A stretch of DNA of 64,000 bases, from positions 496,001-560,000 of the forward strand of contig OZ287695.1 in the NCBI GenBank assembly GCA_965649825.1, given 5' to 3'. Source of the DNA: Penicillus capitatus. Lineage: Eukaryota; Plantae; Chlorophyta. Of this stretch, positions 1 through 12,650 are shown piece after piece. Made by a program: the position numbers and the translations under genes. How positions within the stretch are numbered: the stretch's first letter is position 1; each line of letters starts with the position of its first letter. A model generated the notes under the pieces. That model made no database searches. It was given only the letters and a program-made list of their open reading frames with translations, and was not told the origin of the DNA.

Positions 1-627
1 GTAGACGCCTATGTCTGGTCTACTCTTGACCATATTTTTAACTCTTTCGATAATTCCGCCTTCGTCGACGATTCCAACATTTGGAATTCCATCCGTAAAG
101 ACGAACACGGCGCGGACAAATGGATTTTCCTCTATGTCTTCTTGCTGCTGAGTGAAGCCCTGTTTGATGCCGTCATAAAGATCAGTGTCATCCTGGGCAT
201 GAGTTTTCATGATGTCGTCACCGATCTTCTTGGCCCTGGCCGGAGTTACGGCTGCCAGATCTTCCAACTTAGTGACACGGGTAGAGAACTTGAAAGCGCC
301 GTATTTGTGAGGCGGGGCACGGTTGACGAGGGAGTTCACCAGGTAAACGTTTGCCTCGTGCAACATGTCGATGTCACCTCTCATAGATCCGGAGACATCC
401 ATAACCGACGTCAACGACACCGGAGCTTTCAGACCCATTCTTGCCTCCACAGTGAGTAGTGCTCTAACCTCCGTCTTGTCCCCATTGCACTCGCAATTAT
501 CGTACAGATAGGTAAGCTTCGAAATCGTACAAGACTCCGGATTATAAAGCAGTCTCTTGTTGATCTCTTCTGCGTTGGACAAAGTGACAAAAACGAGTAA
601 CGCAAAGATGCCACGCAGTCGCTTCAT
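1..627 (-). CDS. Secreted VWA-domain protein, paralog A (5' part only; runs off the window start)
   Basis: Not in the ORF track because it has no stop in the window. Manual translation from ATG 627: MKRLRGIFALLVFVTLSNAEE...VSLTSVMDVSGSMRGDID...DDTDLYDGI...VRAVFVFTDG. Signal peptide plus intact MIDAS (DxSxS..T..D); aligns to the gene at 26428. Confidence 0.88.
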   Translation of the reverse strand, partial: MKRLRGIFALLVFVTLSNAEEINKRLLYNPESCTISKLTYLYDNCECNGDKTEVRALLTVEARMGLKAPVSLTSVMDVSGSMRGDIDMLHEANVYLVNSLVNRAPPHKYGAFKFSTRVTKLEDLAAVTPARAKKIGDDIMKTHAQDDTDLYDGIKQGFTQQQEDIEENPFVRAVFVFTDGIPNVGIVDEGGIIERVKNMVKSRPDIGVY

Positions 628-674
628 CGTCGTTATAGACAATGGGCGAAAGCCTGTCGCGTCAAACATCTCAC

Positions 675-770
675 AGCTCGAACGCAAAGCGGAAGCCTGC
701 TGCGTGGAAAACTCGCAGCTCGAACGCAAAGCGGAAGCCTGTTGCGTGGAAAACTCGCAGCTCGAACGCT
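675..770 (+). repeat. 42-bp tandem repeat, about 2.3 copies, just upstream of VWA paralog A
   Basis: agctcgaacgcaaagcggaagcctg(c/t)tgcgtggaaaactcgc starts at 675 and 717; a partial third unit starts at 759. Confidence 0.92.
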
Positions 771-2714
771 ACACGGAAGAAGCTTGCCGTGTCGCGGCAA
801 AACGGAAAAACACGTGCGATCCGAACGAAACCCGGTAATGGCAAACAGAACTCTCCGTTCTTCAATTTATACCCCAGGAAGTGCCTTTTTGTCCCCCAAG
901 AGATGCTTACCAATATCTTACGTAAAGGGTATTTTCGTGTTTTTTTGGGAAGACAGCACGGACCTCGATAAACGTGGTTCTCGTTCGCCTGTCTCGAGAA
1001 TATCTAATGGATTTTATTCAGATATGCCGACGTCATCGCGAAGATGCAGTGATGTGACTGGCGATGGTAGGCGTAACGTCTGCTCTGCGTGCTGTCGATA
1101 CAGCACGGAGCATGCTGTCTGTCTTCAGGCACGCTACGCCCTCAACGTTGGCCGAAACCTGGTGCTGTCTGCGAGAAGCTCTCGAGAAAAATCTTTCTTC
1201 TACGCGAAAGACCATCCCTGGTGATCTGATCTAAATGGACACTCGGAGAATCTCACCCTTTCCTTGCCCTTTATTGACTGAAAATCACATCCTCCATGCA
1301 GTTTTAGACGGGTATTGCGCTTGCTGTCCTAAAACTGTTCTCCTGTAGAGACGGCTGATGCAGATCACTATCAAGACAAACCCTCTGGCTGAAGCATTGG
1401 AATGAACGCGCGAGGTCACACTGTTGGAATGAGAGAAGGCTTTTGGACTTCATGGCAGCCCAGTGAGAGATGCCGCAGTGTTCTGATAATGCTGAAAGGA
1501 CCGACGGATCAGCAATCATCGTTCCCTCTGTGATGGACCTAAAATAGAGTGCATGAGATACGGCGCCAGGCATGTGTTTCTTTTCTGCCGTGATTAATGA
1601 CTGCAGATTTCGTTGCATTCTTTCGATGATCTTTCTCCCATCAGGAGAGCATCAAAGATCATCGTGTAACTCAGATTTACACACGTTTTGTCCCGGGCTG
1701 ATTAAAATGAACGTGCAGATATGCGGTTGATGCAAGCAGTGAGCCGGATTATGATGAGACAAAGAGGTGGATTCCCCAGGTGAAGGTCCGGTACATGCAT
1801 ATATGGCCTTCAGTTGCAGGAATTGCTGCTATCCGTGTGAAGAATCTAGTTAGAGGACATTCTGTAGACGCTACCTGGAATCGTCAGATGAGTGGCACTA
1901 GTGGCTTTTTGATTGCATCCGCGTCGGGTCTTTGGCGTGACATCAAGTGTCGGGGGACTATCCAGACGTGATCTGACAGCATCGGCCGATTCTTTCTCCG
2001 CCCCTGGGGGAGGCCAAGCCATAGTCTGGAGCAACAACGCCCTTGCCGATAGCTGCCTCTTCTCCCAATTCGACACGTCTCGAAGCAGGCGATTGGTTTG
2101 AGTTTCTTGCGATTCCGAGCGTCAGGGGATGATCATATGAATAGTGGCTCATGCAGTCGGGAACATTTGTTCTAGGAGGACAGCGCACAGATCATGATTT
2201 AGTACTGCTTGGTGCAAAAGTTGTACAACGGATGCGTGGAAACAGTGCAGCACACGAAGATCGAATGAAGCGCTTCATTGATCGAAAAAGTGAAAGTAGT
2301 CATGCGCGCGAATGCGTTTTCGATGATAATAATGATTGCGTTTCTGGGTTATGGTGTGCGGTTTTCAGCGCGAGGAGTCTTTGATTTCATTGAGAGGGGA
2401 TGAATTATTGAATCATGAGATGACACTGAGGGTTTTGGTGTCGGTGATGACTCGCGATGGGGCAGGTGACGTGACCCACTGGCGGCGGAAGGAGTGACAA
2501 GCTGCCTCGTGTAGTCAATCGTTCGCGTTTTTTGGTCCTGTCGGCCACAGACAGTAGTCGAGCGCATTCTTGCGATGACGAGACGAACGTCAAGACACAG
2601 CGAAAATGGCGATGCCGTCTAACGTATGAAATGATTCGAGATCCATTCGGTACAACAGATGACTCGGGACTGGTTGACTGTTTTTGCATCTACACGCCAT
2701 TCGCGTTGGAGAAG

Positions 2715-5306
2715 ATGTTCGCGCTTCGTCGGTCTTCGACAAAAGCACACTTCTCAAAGAAATGGCTCTTCGCGTTGACGTACTTGACGATGCACTCGCT
2801 GTTGCTGACGGCATGCGCGTCTGCCGATACTCAAGGTATGGTCAACCCAAACACCTGCTTTCGTACGAAGTTCACTTCTGCTGCGAAGCTTTGGACAACA
2901 CCGACCTGAGCTCCGAGTCGACCATAACCACGTACGAGAAAATAGTGGTAAGCGGTAGGATGTTTGTGATGCGAAAAATTGAGTCAATGAATGTTATGCA
3001 GGGAGGTGATACTGCGCCGCCTGGGAGGTTTCCATACACATGCAGCCTGAGAGAACGTGGCACTCACCGCCATATGTGTGGAGCGACGTTGTTCAGACGC
3101 GACTGGGTCCTGACGGCGGCTCACTGTGTGGACGTTAACTCTCGCGCCGCCATTGGCCTGTTGCCCATCGTCTACTGCGGAATACGCCACCGCAAGAAGG
3201 CGGAAGACGACCAGGTAACTGCGAATTACTCTCAAACAAAAGCAAGGCCTGTTGTATTGGCGTAGGTCTTCGATTCGGTCGCAGGATACATTCACCCCGA
3301 ATGGACAGGCGGCGCTGCACACGGACACGACGTGGCTATACTGAAGCTAGACAGAGACGCAAATTTGACATTGCCGCGTTTGGGTACGGGCAACTTCGCC
3401 TTGGACAAGGGACGGCTTCTTGCTGCCACGGGATGGGGACACACGGATTCCGGCGTCCCAGCAAAGAATTTGCAAGTGACGACGAAACTTGCCGTGGTCG
3501 GGCAAGACAAATGCAAAACACAACCCCAAGGCGTCGACGCTAAGAGCTGGATCTGCGCTGGAGGACTGCAGGAGGACACCTGCAAAGGTCATCTGGACTG
3601 ACCCTGCCCCATCGTCTGACGGGTAACATTCCGCGTTGTTCGGTAGGGGACTCTGGAGGTCCGCTGCTGCTGATGGACGCTCCTTACGGACAAATGGAGG
3701 ATGGGAAGCCGCAACGAGACATGATCGTCGGCATCACGTCATTCGGCTATACGGAAGATGACGCCGAGCCGTGTTCTGGAATTGAGCCTGCGATTTACAC
3801 GAGTGTCGACTATTTCCTCGAATGGATTGAACGGACCATCAACTGTCATCAGGAAGTGAGATCCGATAGTCACTCTTCGTCTTCAACACATGTACGCAGC
3901 ATTCGAGCTGCGTCGTGACGCACCAGATTAAGTTGATGGAGAAGAAGAAGCTCTATGCAACGTTCTCGGAATCAAAGATGATCGAAGTAAACTGCATACA
4001 AATCGGACAGTACACAGTTCTTTCTGCAGGAGATGCTCCGTGCCATTCGAACGGATAACTCCCTTGACGCTGAGGCTCTTATCTTGGCCGGTCTTTGTGT
4101 CAACACCACCTACGGAAAGAAAAACGATCCGTCACTTCCGAAACCAGATCGCTCGACTCTGCTACATGCAGCTGTCGCACTCAACGCTGTGCATTGCACT
4201 GAGGCAAGGCCGGAGAACGAATTAGCCGGACTTTAGACTTGTCGTCCTCTGGTGCTGGTCGTGGCCTATAGGTATTGATAAAGCATAAAGCAGGAATTGA
4301 AATCCGAAATGTCGATGGAGAGACCGCTATGCATTTGACGGCATCGCACGATAGCGTCGCGGTCGCAAAGGTCGACGAGATTGCTCTGCATTACATCGCT
4401 TTCTGACCATCGGTCGTGCAATCAGATGTTGCTACATCACGGGGCGGATCCAAATACGTCCTCCCGATACGCTTGGACACCGATTCTGCATGCGGTTAAT
4501 CATAGGCGCGTTCAACTCGTAAAGGTAAAATCCCTGTTTGTTTCGAGTCTCATGACAAAGATGGCTGAAGCTTCTCGTCGCCCATGGCGCGGACGTCAAT
4601 GCAGTTAACAACGTGTGTTGGACCCCGCTGTTTGTGGCAGCCGACAAAGGATACACTGCAGTTGTAAAAGTAGGAATCCCTTCCTTGTTCACCTGTTCCT
4701 TTCAAGAACGACGGATGGCAGATCTTACTTGATGCTGGGGCGGAGGTCGATGTTTTCGACGAAAAGAATTGGACGCCACTGCAGAAAGCTGCAAACCATG
4801 GATTGATACAAATTACGAAGGTCAGAATCACGCCTTCGCTCTTTTGTAGACTGAAAGACGATGAGATGCAGATGCTTATTGAAGCCGGTGCGAACATCAA
4901 CACCGCCAGCGACGATGGTGTGACTCCATTGCACGAAACAGCTTATCATGCCCACATCGAGATTCAAAAAGTGAACTGCGATTGTATCGGATAGCCGTGT
5001 CGATAGAGATGTTTGAAGATCCTCCTTGAACACGGTGCAGATACCGAAGCATTCACTTCTGGCGATGCAATGACTCCACTTCATATCGCAGCTTATCATG
5101 GGAAATTGCAAATGGCTAAGGTAAGCCGCCGATAACATTAACCTTCTCTTAAGTATAGGCATGGGCAGATGCTCGTAGCAGCCGGAGCAGACAAAACGAG
5201 CAGAGACAGGGGTGACAAGATTCCGTTCGAGCGTGTCTGCGAAAACAGAAACGCAAAGTGCTCGGAGAAAACTCGAGTGGCGCTCAACGAACTCTTGCGT
5301 GTTTAA
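2715..5306 (+). CDS. Secreted trypsin-like (S1) serine protease fused to C-terminal ankyrin repeats, multi-exon
   Basis: Signal-like exon 1; spliced activation site YEK|IV-GG; LTAAHC, HDVAILKL and CKG-DSGGPL triad motifs intact; then ankyrin exons (TPLH/GADVN motifs) 4272-4370, 4426-4524, 4571-4669, 4722-4820, 4872-4970, 5019-5120; stop TAA 5304-5306. Confidence 0.88.
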
Positions 5307-6262
5307 ACCTCTGCATCTCTTTGTCCTCTCCGCAGCAACGAATCCTGACCCTATGTGTTGTTCTTGTGCCGTTTAACGCTCTCTGTAACGTAATTGCTAG
5401 GTCTGATCGTCGTCTCCATTACGTTTACCGCGAATTCGGACGCCCATTTTATCGAGAAGGCACAAAACGGTCAAGTTCTGAAAGTGTCGGTTCCGTGAGC
5501 AACATGCGTTCCCATAAGGGGCGATGCCGAATGAGAAAGACGCTTACGCTCCTGGCTGGAACCTTTGCATCGATCGCGGTTGTCTAATCGGTTATTTACA
5601 CCGTCGTCAATTGCGAGCGAAACAACAGCGTACATAGAACACAGACATTCTTATGGCTGACGTTATCTTCGTCACCGAGTGATACTCAATCTAATGGGAC
5701 AATACTGGATAGAGTTTGATACGCAGATAGATCACTAACCAGCTTCTTGAAGAAATCGAGGATTCCACTCACTCTCGTCTCGCAACGGATACGAGGATCC
5801 GATTCCTACAATGATGGTACAAAACACGTTCCTCGTGACCATGAATGTCTCCAAAATCCAGGACGATGCTTCACAGGTGATTAATCGTTAACTTTAAAAC
5901 GGATCTGCTCACTATCTGTAAGCGAGTCGGATTCAAAATGGATCGCCGTGTGGCAAAAAGCAGCTCGGTTATATAGGATGGTGTTGCTCGTCTAGATATA
6001 GTAGTGAGGAGAAAAGACTTTTCAGAAGTCGAACAGTCTAACAGCGTTAGGAAATTCTCAACCACGAACTTCCTCGCCTGTTCCGCCACGTAAATCTGAA
6101 TGCCAAACGCTTGAGGCCTATCAAAAAATGCGTGTCTGTATGATAAGATCCGTGTTGTTAAATCAATAAGTAATCACATCGCACAAATACAGAACATGAT
6201 TTTCAGGATCTAGACCGTCTGACTCTTCAAGCGATTCACGTTTACGAGCGATTTCGTCGCAA

Positions 6263-7642
6263 TGGTTTCGGAGCGGCAAGCTTCGTTCATTCGTCAAGGA
6301 CGGGGTATACTCCGATTAGCCCGCCTTTTGTTGTGAGACACTTGCTTTCATGCCCAGCTCGTGGTGTGACGTTGTTGACCGACCCAAAACGTGGGGCTTG
6401 CAGTCTGCGGTGTGCTCGAGGACAATGATTAGTGAAGGTGTGTATGGTTTTCGCTGGAACTATAGTTTTACCTGTTTACTGTCTTGAACGTTTGCACGTG
6501 CGCAATTGACGAGAGGGGTCAGAAAAGCCAGATGATAGCAAAGGACACAAATGTTTAGGATTGATGCAATGCAGAGGCCTATGAACACTCAAGTGATAAT
6601 GTTGGCGTTCTTATGTTAGGAAATGTTGTGACAGTCCGAGAGAAACACTGAAATGCGCAGCGAGATGAGGGTGTCGTATTATTTTGCAAAGACTTAGGAA
6701 CGTGTTGGCACAAAAGTCTTTCAAGGCATTCGGTATGAACACCGATATTGATAGAGGAAATGAAGGCCCTAAGAGCATGCACAAAATTATGATAGAACGC
6801 GGAAAGCAGTTACTCCAAAAGAATCTCACAATGGCAAAATTCTTCACGTAGTGCAATGTACAGATGCTTTAAGAAGACAGGTCGACAAGGCACATCAGAA
6901 TTCGAAAACGGTCGAGCTCACACAAGAAATGATCTTACTAAATAAGAGTCGTCGGAGGGAGAGAGAAAAATAGAGCAAGGAAAACGCGAAGAGTGAGGAT
7001 AATCCCGCGGGATCGGAGAAAAGACGAAGATGGAAGACCTTCATTTCAAGCAGACTATCTAAACCTGCCGAAAGGGTTATAACTTTCGAACGTCGTGAAG
7101 ACGCAGTTCGTTGTTTCCGCATATGTTTCATCTGCTGGCGGAAGCCATATGACATCTTACCGGTTGTGCTTTTTTGCGATTCGTGGTTCTATATCCAAAC
7201 GGTTGGTTCACAAGTACCAAAGGCGGCCTTGTAGTCTACTGCTCTGTATTTTTTGGTTTTATCGCTTGGATCATTCTCAGGTTCAGCTCCATATGAGAAG
7301 GCGTCACGATTATTTCTCTCGCTTTCTTCAGCAAGTGGTTTCGGATCAAGGCCACAAACCACACTCCTTTCATAAACTTTTCCTCGTCGGTGATTCTCCT
7401 GTTGCAGCATCATCTTACCTTGACGTCGAAACAAGCTCATTATCCTCCGTTTGCAAAATGCCGATGTGACACCAGCATTGCAAAGCTGGCTCATTAATCT
7501 AGTCGAGACGAGTTCCATCAGAGATCACGAACGTCACGTTGATGTGACTACCGTCACGCAGCATCTGTTACGGCCGCGAGATAAAGGAAGACAATCCGGC
7601 CACACGCGAGTTAAAGAACAGCAAGAGAGTAGAATATATTGA
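6263..7642 (+). pseudogene. Possible decayed LTR-retroelement remnant (PBS-like motif plus a stop-riddled frame)
   Basis: CA-a-TGGTTTCGGAGCG at 6260-6275 is the same 13-mer as the Gypsy PBS at 34321-34333. A mostly open frame at about 6850-7642 has scattered stops. No recognisable domain. Confidence 0.25.
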
Positions 7643-10083
7643 AAAGAAAGTGGACAGTGGAAAAGCAGTGACTCAGTCTGTTCGGATCTTTGGTCGTCTA
7701 TCACGATCAGCCACCTATCGACAGATCGCCGTTTCCTCTCAGAAAACAATCCAGTTCTTACCCTTGCTGAATTGAAGTTGCTGTGTGACGTACCTTTGTA
7801 CGGGTACGCGTATTCTGTCGCATTTGCTGTACGGTTGACTTATATATCGCTTATGTATTTTGCAAGAAGGCTGCGTTAAAATTGTCGAGCGAGCAGAGTT
7901 TCACGGATCGTCGTTTTAGAGACTCCGTCACTTTGCAGGTTCTTAATAGTCATACCTCCAGAACTAAGAGTTTCACCCACCACAGCAAATTCTCCGACGT
8001 GCGATTCCTGTCTTAACAAACAAAGAAAAACTGCTCGAAACGGTAGGCTGTGTTTTCCACCCTCGGGTCGCCGATATCTCTTCTTATCCAACTCACCGGC
8101 GCGTTTCGCTCGACCTAGTACTTGCGCTTCGCATGGCGTTCACGATTCTTTAAACAGGAATTCGTTCGCATATGTCATTCCCCATGACGACCACCGCGAT
8201 CTCTCATGCCAAGAAACTTCCTCCTCTAGCCTCGGCCTTTACTGACACCGTCGAGACCGCCTGGGTATCCCTGCATCAAAACACTGACTGCCTCATGTCT
8301 TGACATAAAAAGCACGGCGGGTCCATTTCCAGACACAAAAACGCAAAAGTTTCCCCGAAGGCGCCGCCTTACGCGCGAGATCTGCGGCTTCAGCGTCTTC
8401 ATTCGCGCCGCGCTGAAAAATATCTTCCCCTCTCCGTCTTCCTCTCTCGCATCTTCTGCCAACGCACTGGACGGTAACTACTCCGCATCGTTAAACGCAT
8501 TTCCCTAACCAGACGACACGACACCTCCTCGATGCTCTTTTTCAATCGGCGGTAGTATTCCGTATCGACATTCCTCGCCTACACATCCGTCTCTTAGAGC
8601 ATATTCCGAGATCACACCATCACACCTTTCTCTGCAGTTCTTCCCACGTCTCCATGTATCTCGAGAGCGTCGTCGAATGTCTGGCGTCACTGCCTGTTGA
8701 CTCGTACCACGGCATGGTGGACGTTTTACATGTGGTCATTTGCTTTGTCGTTCATTTGCCGCGTCCAGCCACGCTGTCCTTAACGCATTCGCAAACGCAT
8801 TCCGTCATTCGTCTTGTCTTGACTCGCTACGTCGAGCACGACACGTCCAGGAGGGCATTCACCGGCAATAGGGTTCGCTGACTTGCATTTAACCGTCGAC
8901 GAACGCGTATTTCATGTTTCGCTCGTTCCCGCTTCATTCATGTCCGTATTCCCTTTTACTAGGGTCGCTCGAAAATAGGCATCGCACGAAGCGCACTGTG
9001 TGTTGAAAATGGGCTTGGCTCCATTGAATACGCCACTTCATGCGAACCCTCGGTCCAGGCGACCGGCCAATGCGGGAATCAACAACACATCGATACCGAT
9101 GCCTGGACCTTCGCAGCAACCCCGACGACGTACGACACGGAAAATCTCGAAACGGACGCACGTGTCTTTGTGAAGTGATGAGCCCGACGTCCGACGAAGC
9201 AACGAGTCCCAGAGCGACAGAGAACATGAGTTCCTACAGTCCCACGCACAGAACCTTATCGACGCCGACCGATTTCGGTACCTCTCCCTCCTTTTCACCC
9301 CCTCTCCCCAAGCAGAGCACCTTTTCAGCTGATAAAGTCGTCGAGGATGTGTTGGATGATGCGTCTGAGGAGGAGGTCGACGAATCGATTCTTCTGGGTC
9401 ACGAACTCTGGGCGGCATTGGCCAGTCGTCCTTTCGAAGAAAGGTCGATGCTTCACCGGCCTGATGGGACGTGTAAAGATCTGTGCCTCCAGGAGCGGCT
9501 TGGGATGGAAGGGATGGCTCGGTGTTGCTGCAGTGAGTGTGGTCTGCGGAAGTGTGCTCATGATCGCGGGAAACGCACGGAAGGTGCCGTGCGATGAGAA
9601 AGAGGGTCCCTCTTACTGTCTACAAGATCGCCCCTATCATTGATACCGATCATGCGCGAAGGGGAGCAGCTTCATCGCTGCGGCCATGATGGCGGTCCCG
9701 GGAATCATGCATGTACGTCTGTTGATTTTTTGTTTTTTGTTCTCTACCTGAATGGCAGCGAAAGGATGTTTCTATCGGAAGATGCCGCGACGGGAGTCTG
9801 GATGTTGTACAGTTCCGTTTCACCCGTGAAGCTTTTTGTCGCGACGGATGGCACCTTCATGTCTTGCCCAGGCCCAAATTTACATACACAGCACTTTGTC
9901 AGTATTTGACGTTCGGAAGCAATGCATGACGCCATCGTCGCTTCTTTGATTGGTGGTGCATTGATATGCTCCTGATGTGCTAAACGACAAACTGCCAAAG
10001 ATCGTTTATGTAACGGAATATCATTACCAGTAACGCCATCTCGTTCGGTGTGACACTGACAGGCAGATCACGCGAGCGACGTC

Positions 10084-10568
10084 ATGGCGGCGGCAATGAC
10101 GACGACACCCGGTGGCGATTCTTTTCGCCGTTACCTTGAGGAATCTGGCGCCGTCGACGTGATCTCTACGGGTACGGCTATCGTCGAAACGGCGACGTCG
10201 TCGGTCAACGGGATGAAATCTGTAGCGCTGGCGTCGTTGTATGAAGAGGAAGAGAGGCCGGACAATGCCATTGAGTGAGATCTCATTGCGCCACGCAAAT
10301 TGACGACATGTGGAAACACGGCAATGACAGTTTCTTGAAAGAGCAATTGGGCGCACCGACGGCGCAAGATTACGCGAAACTCGAAGAAGAGAAACGCCGT
10401 CTCGAACAGGAGCTCGTCGACGCTCGGACGCGCATTACCGACCTCGAGACGCAAGTGCGATCCATACGCAACAAAATTTAAAACAAAACGCCGCTGCCAA
10501 CGCAGCTCGACGAAAAAAGAGAATGTCCGCCGCCATCCGAATCTCCATCCGACCAACCAAGTCCATAA
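10084..10568 (+). CDS. MYCBP: c-Myc-binding protein (MYCBP/AMY-1) homolog, about 4 exons
   Basis: Spliced product FRRYLEESGAVDVISTALASLYEEEERPDNAIDFLKEQLG followed by a coiled coil; matches the family pattern FRRYLEKSG...LVALYEEPEKP..ALDFLK..LG. Confidence 0.85.
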
Positions 10569-10609
10569 ACACCGCGTCCTCACGCGTTTGCTCTCTCAAG
10601 CAAGCGCCA

Positions 10610-12650
10610 TCAATGTTTGGACATCCCGGGCGACTGAAGGGGTGTGAATCGCGGCTTCTTTGCCTTCAGGATGTTGTACGTTAGCCAGTAATTGAAGAGC
10701 ATGACCTTGGCGTTGCGCAAGATCGATGCTTCGACGGTTATGTTGTCGAATCCAAGCCACGACAAAACATCGTCGCCGTTTTTCATCATCGCGCGTTCTT
10801 TGCCCGAATCGTCTTCGCCGAATTCCACTCCGGAGAACTCGTTAATGCACATCCCTTGAAAGCCATTCTGAATCAGTGATGCATTGGGCACCCACTTCAG
10901 CGCTTTGGCCGTGCTGTGCGTGGCTTTGAATTGGCCGCCGAATACGATAAACAACAACATGACCATGGGGCCCATGCTCATCGCCACGTCCGTGTTCGGC
11001 GCCAGTCCGCCGACCGAGAGGCCGAGCGCCGCACTGGCAAAGGACTCCACCAGCACGATGCCGATGAACCTCGAGGCACGGGTGTGTGACGGATGGAGTC
11101 CAGCCATTGAGTAGAGGATCGTGCCGAAAGTGCACGACAGCAAAACGCCGACCGGAATCTCCGACAGAATCTTGGCAAAGAGATAAGGCAGCACGCCATA
11201 CGCTTTCTTGGCGCGTTCCCGCGTCACGATTGTCTGCTCGGACGGGAAAACGTTGAGCGTCTTGACGAGCGACGACATCGCAGCATTCACCGCCGTCAGC
11301 TGCAGCAATCCCACACGATCTTGCACGGCTGAGGCCACGAGCTTCGTCCGGTAATAGATGCTTCCAAAGATCAAGGCGGATCCAACGTTCATACCCAGAC
11401 GGGCGACGTTTGTCTTCTTATCACGGCGCGCCTGTTTCCAAGAGCGACCGAGGAGCAAACGAAAATCGCGTAGCCAGCTGGAGCGACGCGTAGATGTCGC
11501 GCCTACGGTTACGCCGTTCGGCACGATCTCTTTGTTCGTCGGAGCTGGTGGCTTGAACTCTTCGTGCCGGTGACGGTCCCATTCCCGAATGAGCTGCTCG
11601 ATGCGCTTCTCTGAGAGCTGGAGTGCATCGGGCGAGGAGGTATCCAACGAGATCAAATCTGCAAAGTACTCGGCGGGGTTGTAGTGATCCGGACACATAT
11701 GGCCGAGCAATGCAAAGTACCCCATCGCCCGTTCGGCTTCACCGCAGTAGACGATCTTGCCGTTCGCCATCAAGACGAGATCGTCAAAAAGTGAGAAGAC
11801 ACTGCTGCGGGGTTGGTGGATGGTGCAGATGATGGTGTGCCCGTCGTGAGCGAGGCGTTTGAGTGCACTCATGACCTTCTCGGCCTGAAAGGCATCGAGT
11901 CCCGTCGTTGGTTCATCGAGAAACATCAAGACGGGCGAATTGAGCAATTCGCACCCAATACTTAAGCGCTTCTTCTCGCCGCCACTCAATCCACGCGTCG
12001 AGGCGTCGCCGATGTACGTGTCGGCGCAACTGGCCAGACCGAGCTTGTCGATGAGGGCCGTCACCAGACGATTGCGTTCGGCGATGGACATGTCGGGCGG
12101 CAGACGCAGGGCGCAAGCCATCGTCAGTGTCTCGCGCAGCGTCAGCTGAGAGTAGAAGAGATCTTCTTGCTGGACATACGCCTGCCGAATGGCGTCGTCG
12201 GTCGTCACCGAGATGTCGTTCATCTCGATCCTCCCCGTGAACTTCATCTTCGCTGAGAAAGGGACCTGACGGGCCAGAGCGTTGAGGAGGGACGTCTGTG
12301 TGTGAGAAAGAGTGAGAGAGGTGATGTGACAGGTGTTCGTATACTTTGCCGGCGCCCGATGGGCCCATCACGGCAAGGAGACGACCAGGATGCGCGACTC
12401 CGTTGACGCCATCGAGGATGTGACGTGTCGTCGTGCCCTCTCGTGTCTTCTGTTCGAGATCGAGTCGCAGATCCGTCCATCTGAGTGTGACCCCCGATTC
12501 GGCAGAGGTTGCGAGGTCGACACCATCTTTTGCCTCATCACGTCGTCGTCTGAAAAGACCCTTGATGGCCTTCGTCCCGCAATACGCGGCGAAAATCGGC
12601 AGCTGATAATTCGAGGAGACGATCGCCGCGCTTCCGAGCAAAAACTCCAT
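10610..12650 (-). CDS. ABCG (White-type) half transporter, plant ABCG7-like
   Basis: Walker A GPSGAGK, signature LSGGEKKRLSIG, Walker B FLDEPTTGLD, TIHQP, then an ABC2 membrane domain. One intron near 12300-12345; the start could lie further upstream. Confidence 0.93.

Larger units (their letters stand above)
1..2893. repeat. Inverted segmental duplication, arm 1 (pairs with 24195-27066)
   Basis: The reverse complement of 24195-27066 aligns colinearly; hand-sampled non-coding windows are about 85-91% identical. Homology stops at ...gcgaagctttg (2893/24195). Confidence 0.95.

Noticed and set aside
675-770. CRISPR-like array
   Set aside because: The units are contiguous with no spacers, there are no cas genes and the context is eukaryotic.
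1033-1215. 60-aa ORF open in both arms (also 25880-26062) and a similar pair at 1958-2188 / 24833-25129
   Set aside because: At about 90% identity such short frames stay open by chance; no motif or codon-position bias was evident.
6854-6867. 14-bp match caatgtacagatgc with 31799-31812 (both read QCTDAL)
   Set aside because: The flanks do not align, and isolated 14-mer matches are expected by chance in 64 kb.
8200-10000. Several overlapping ORFs, including 9040-9597
   Set aside because: No consistent spliced model or family motif; a gene may exist but I cannot support one.
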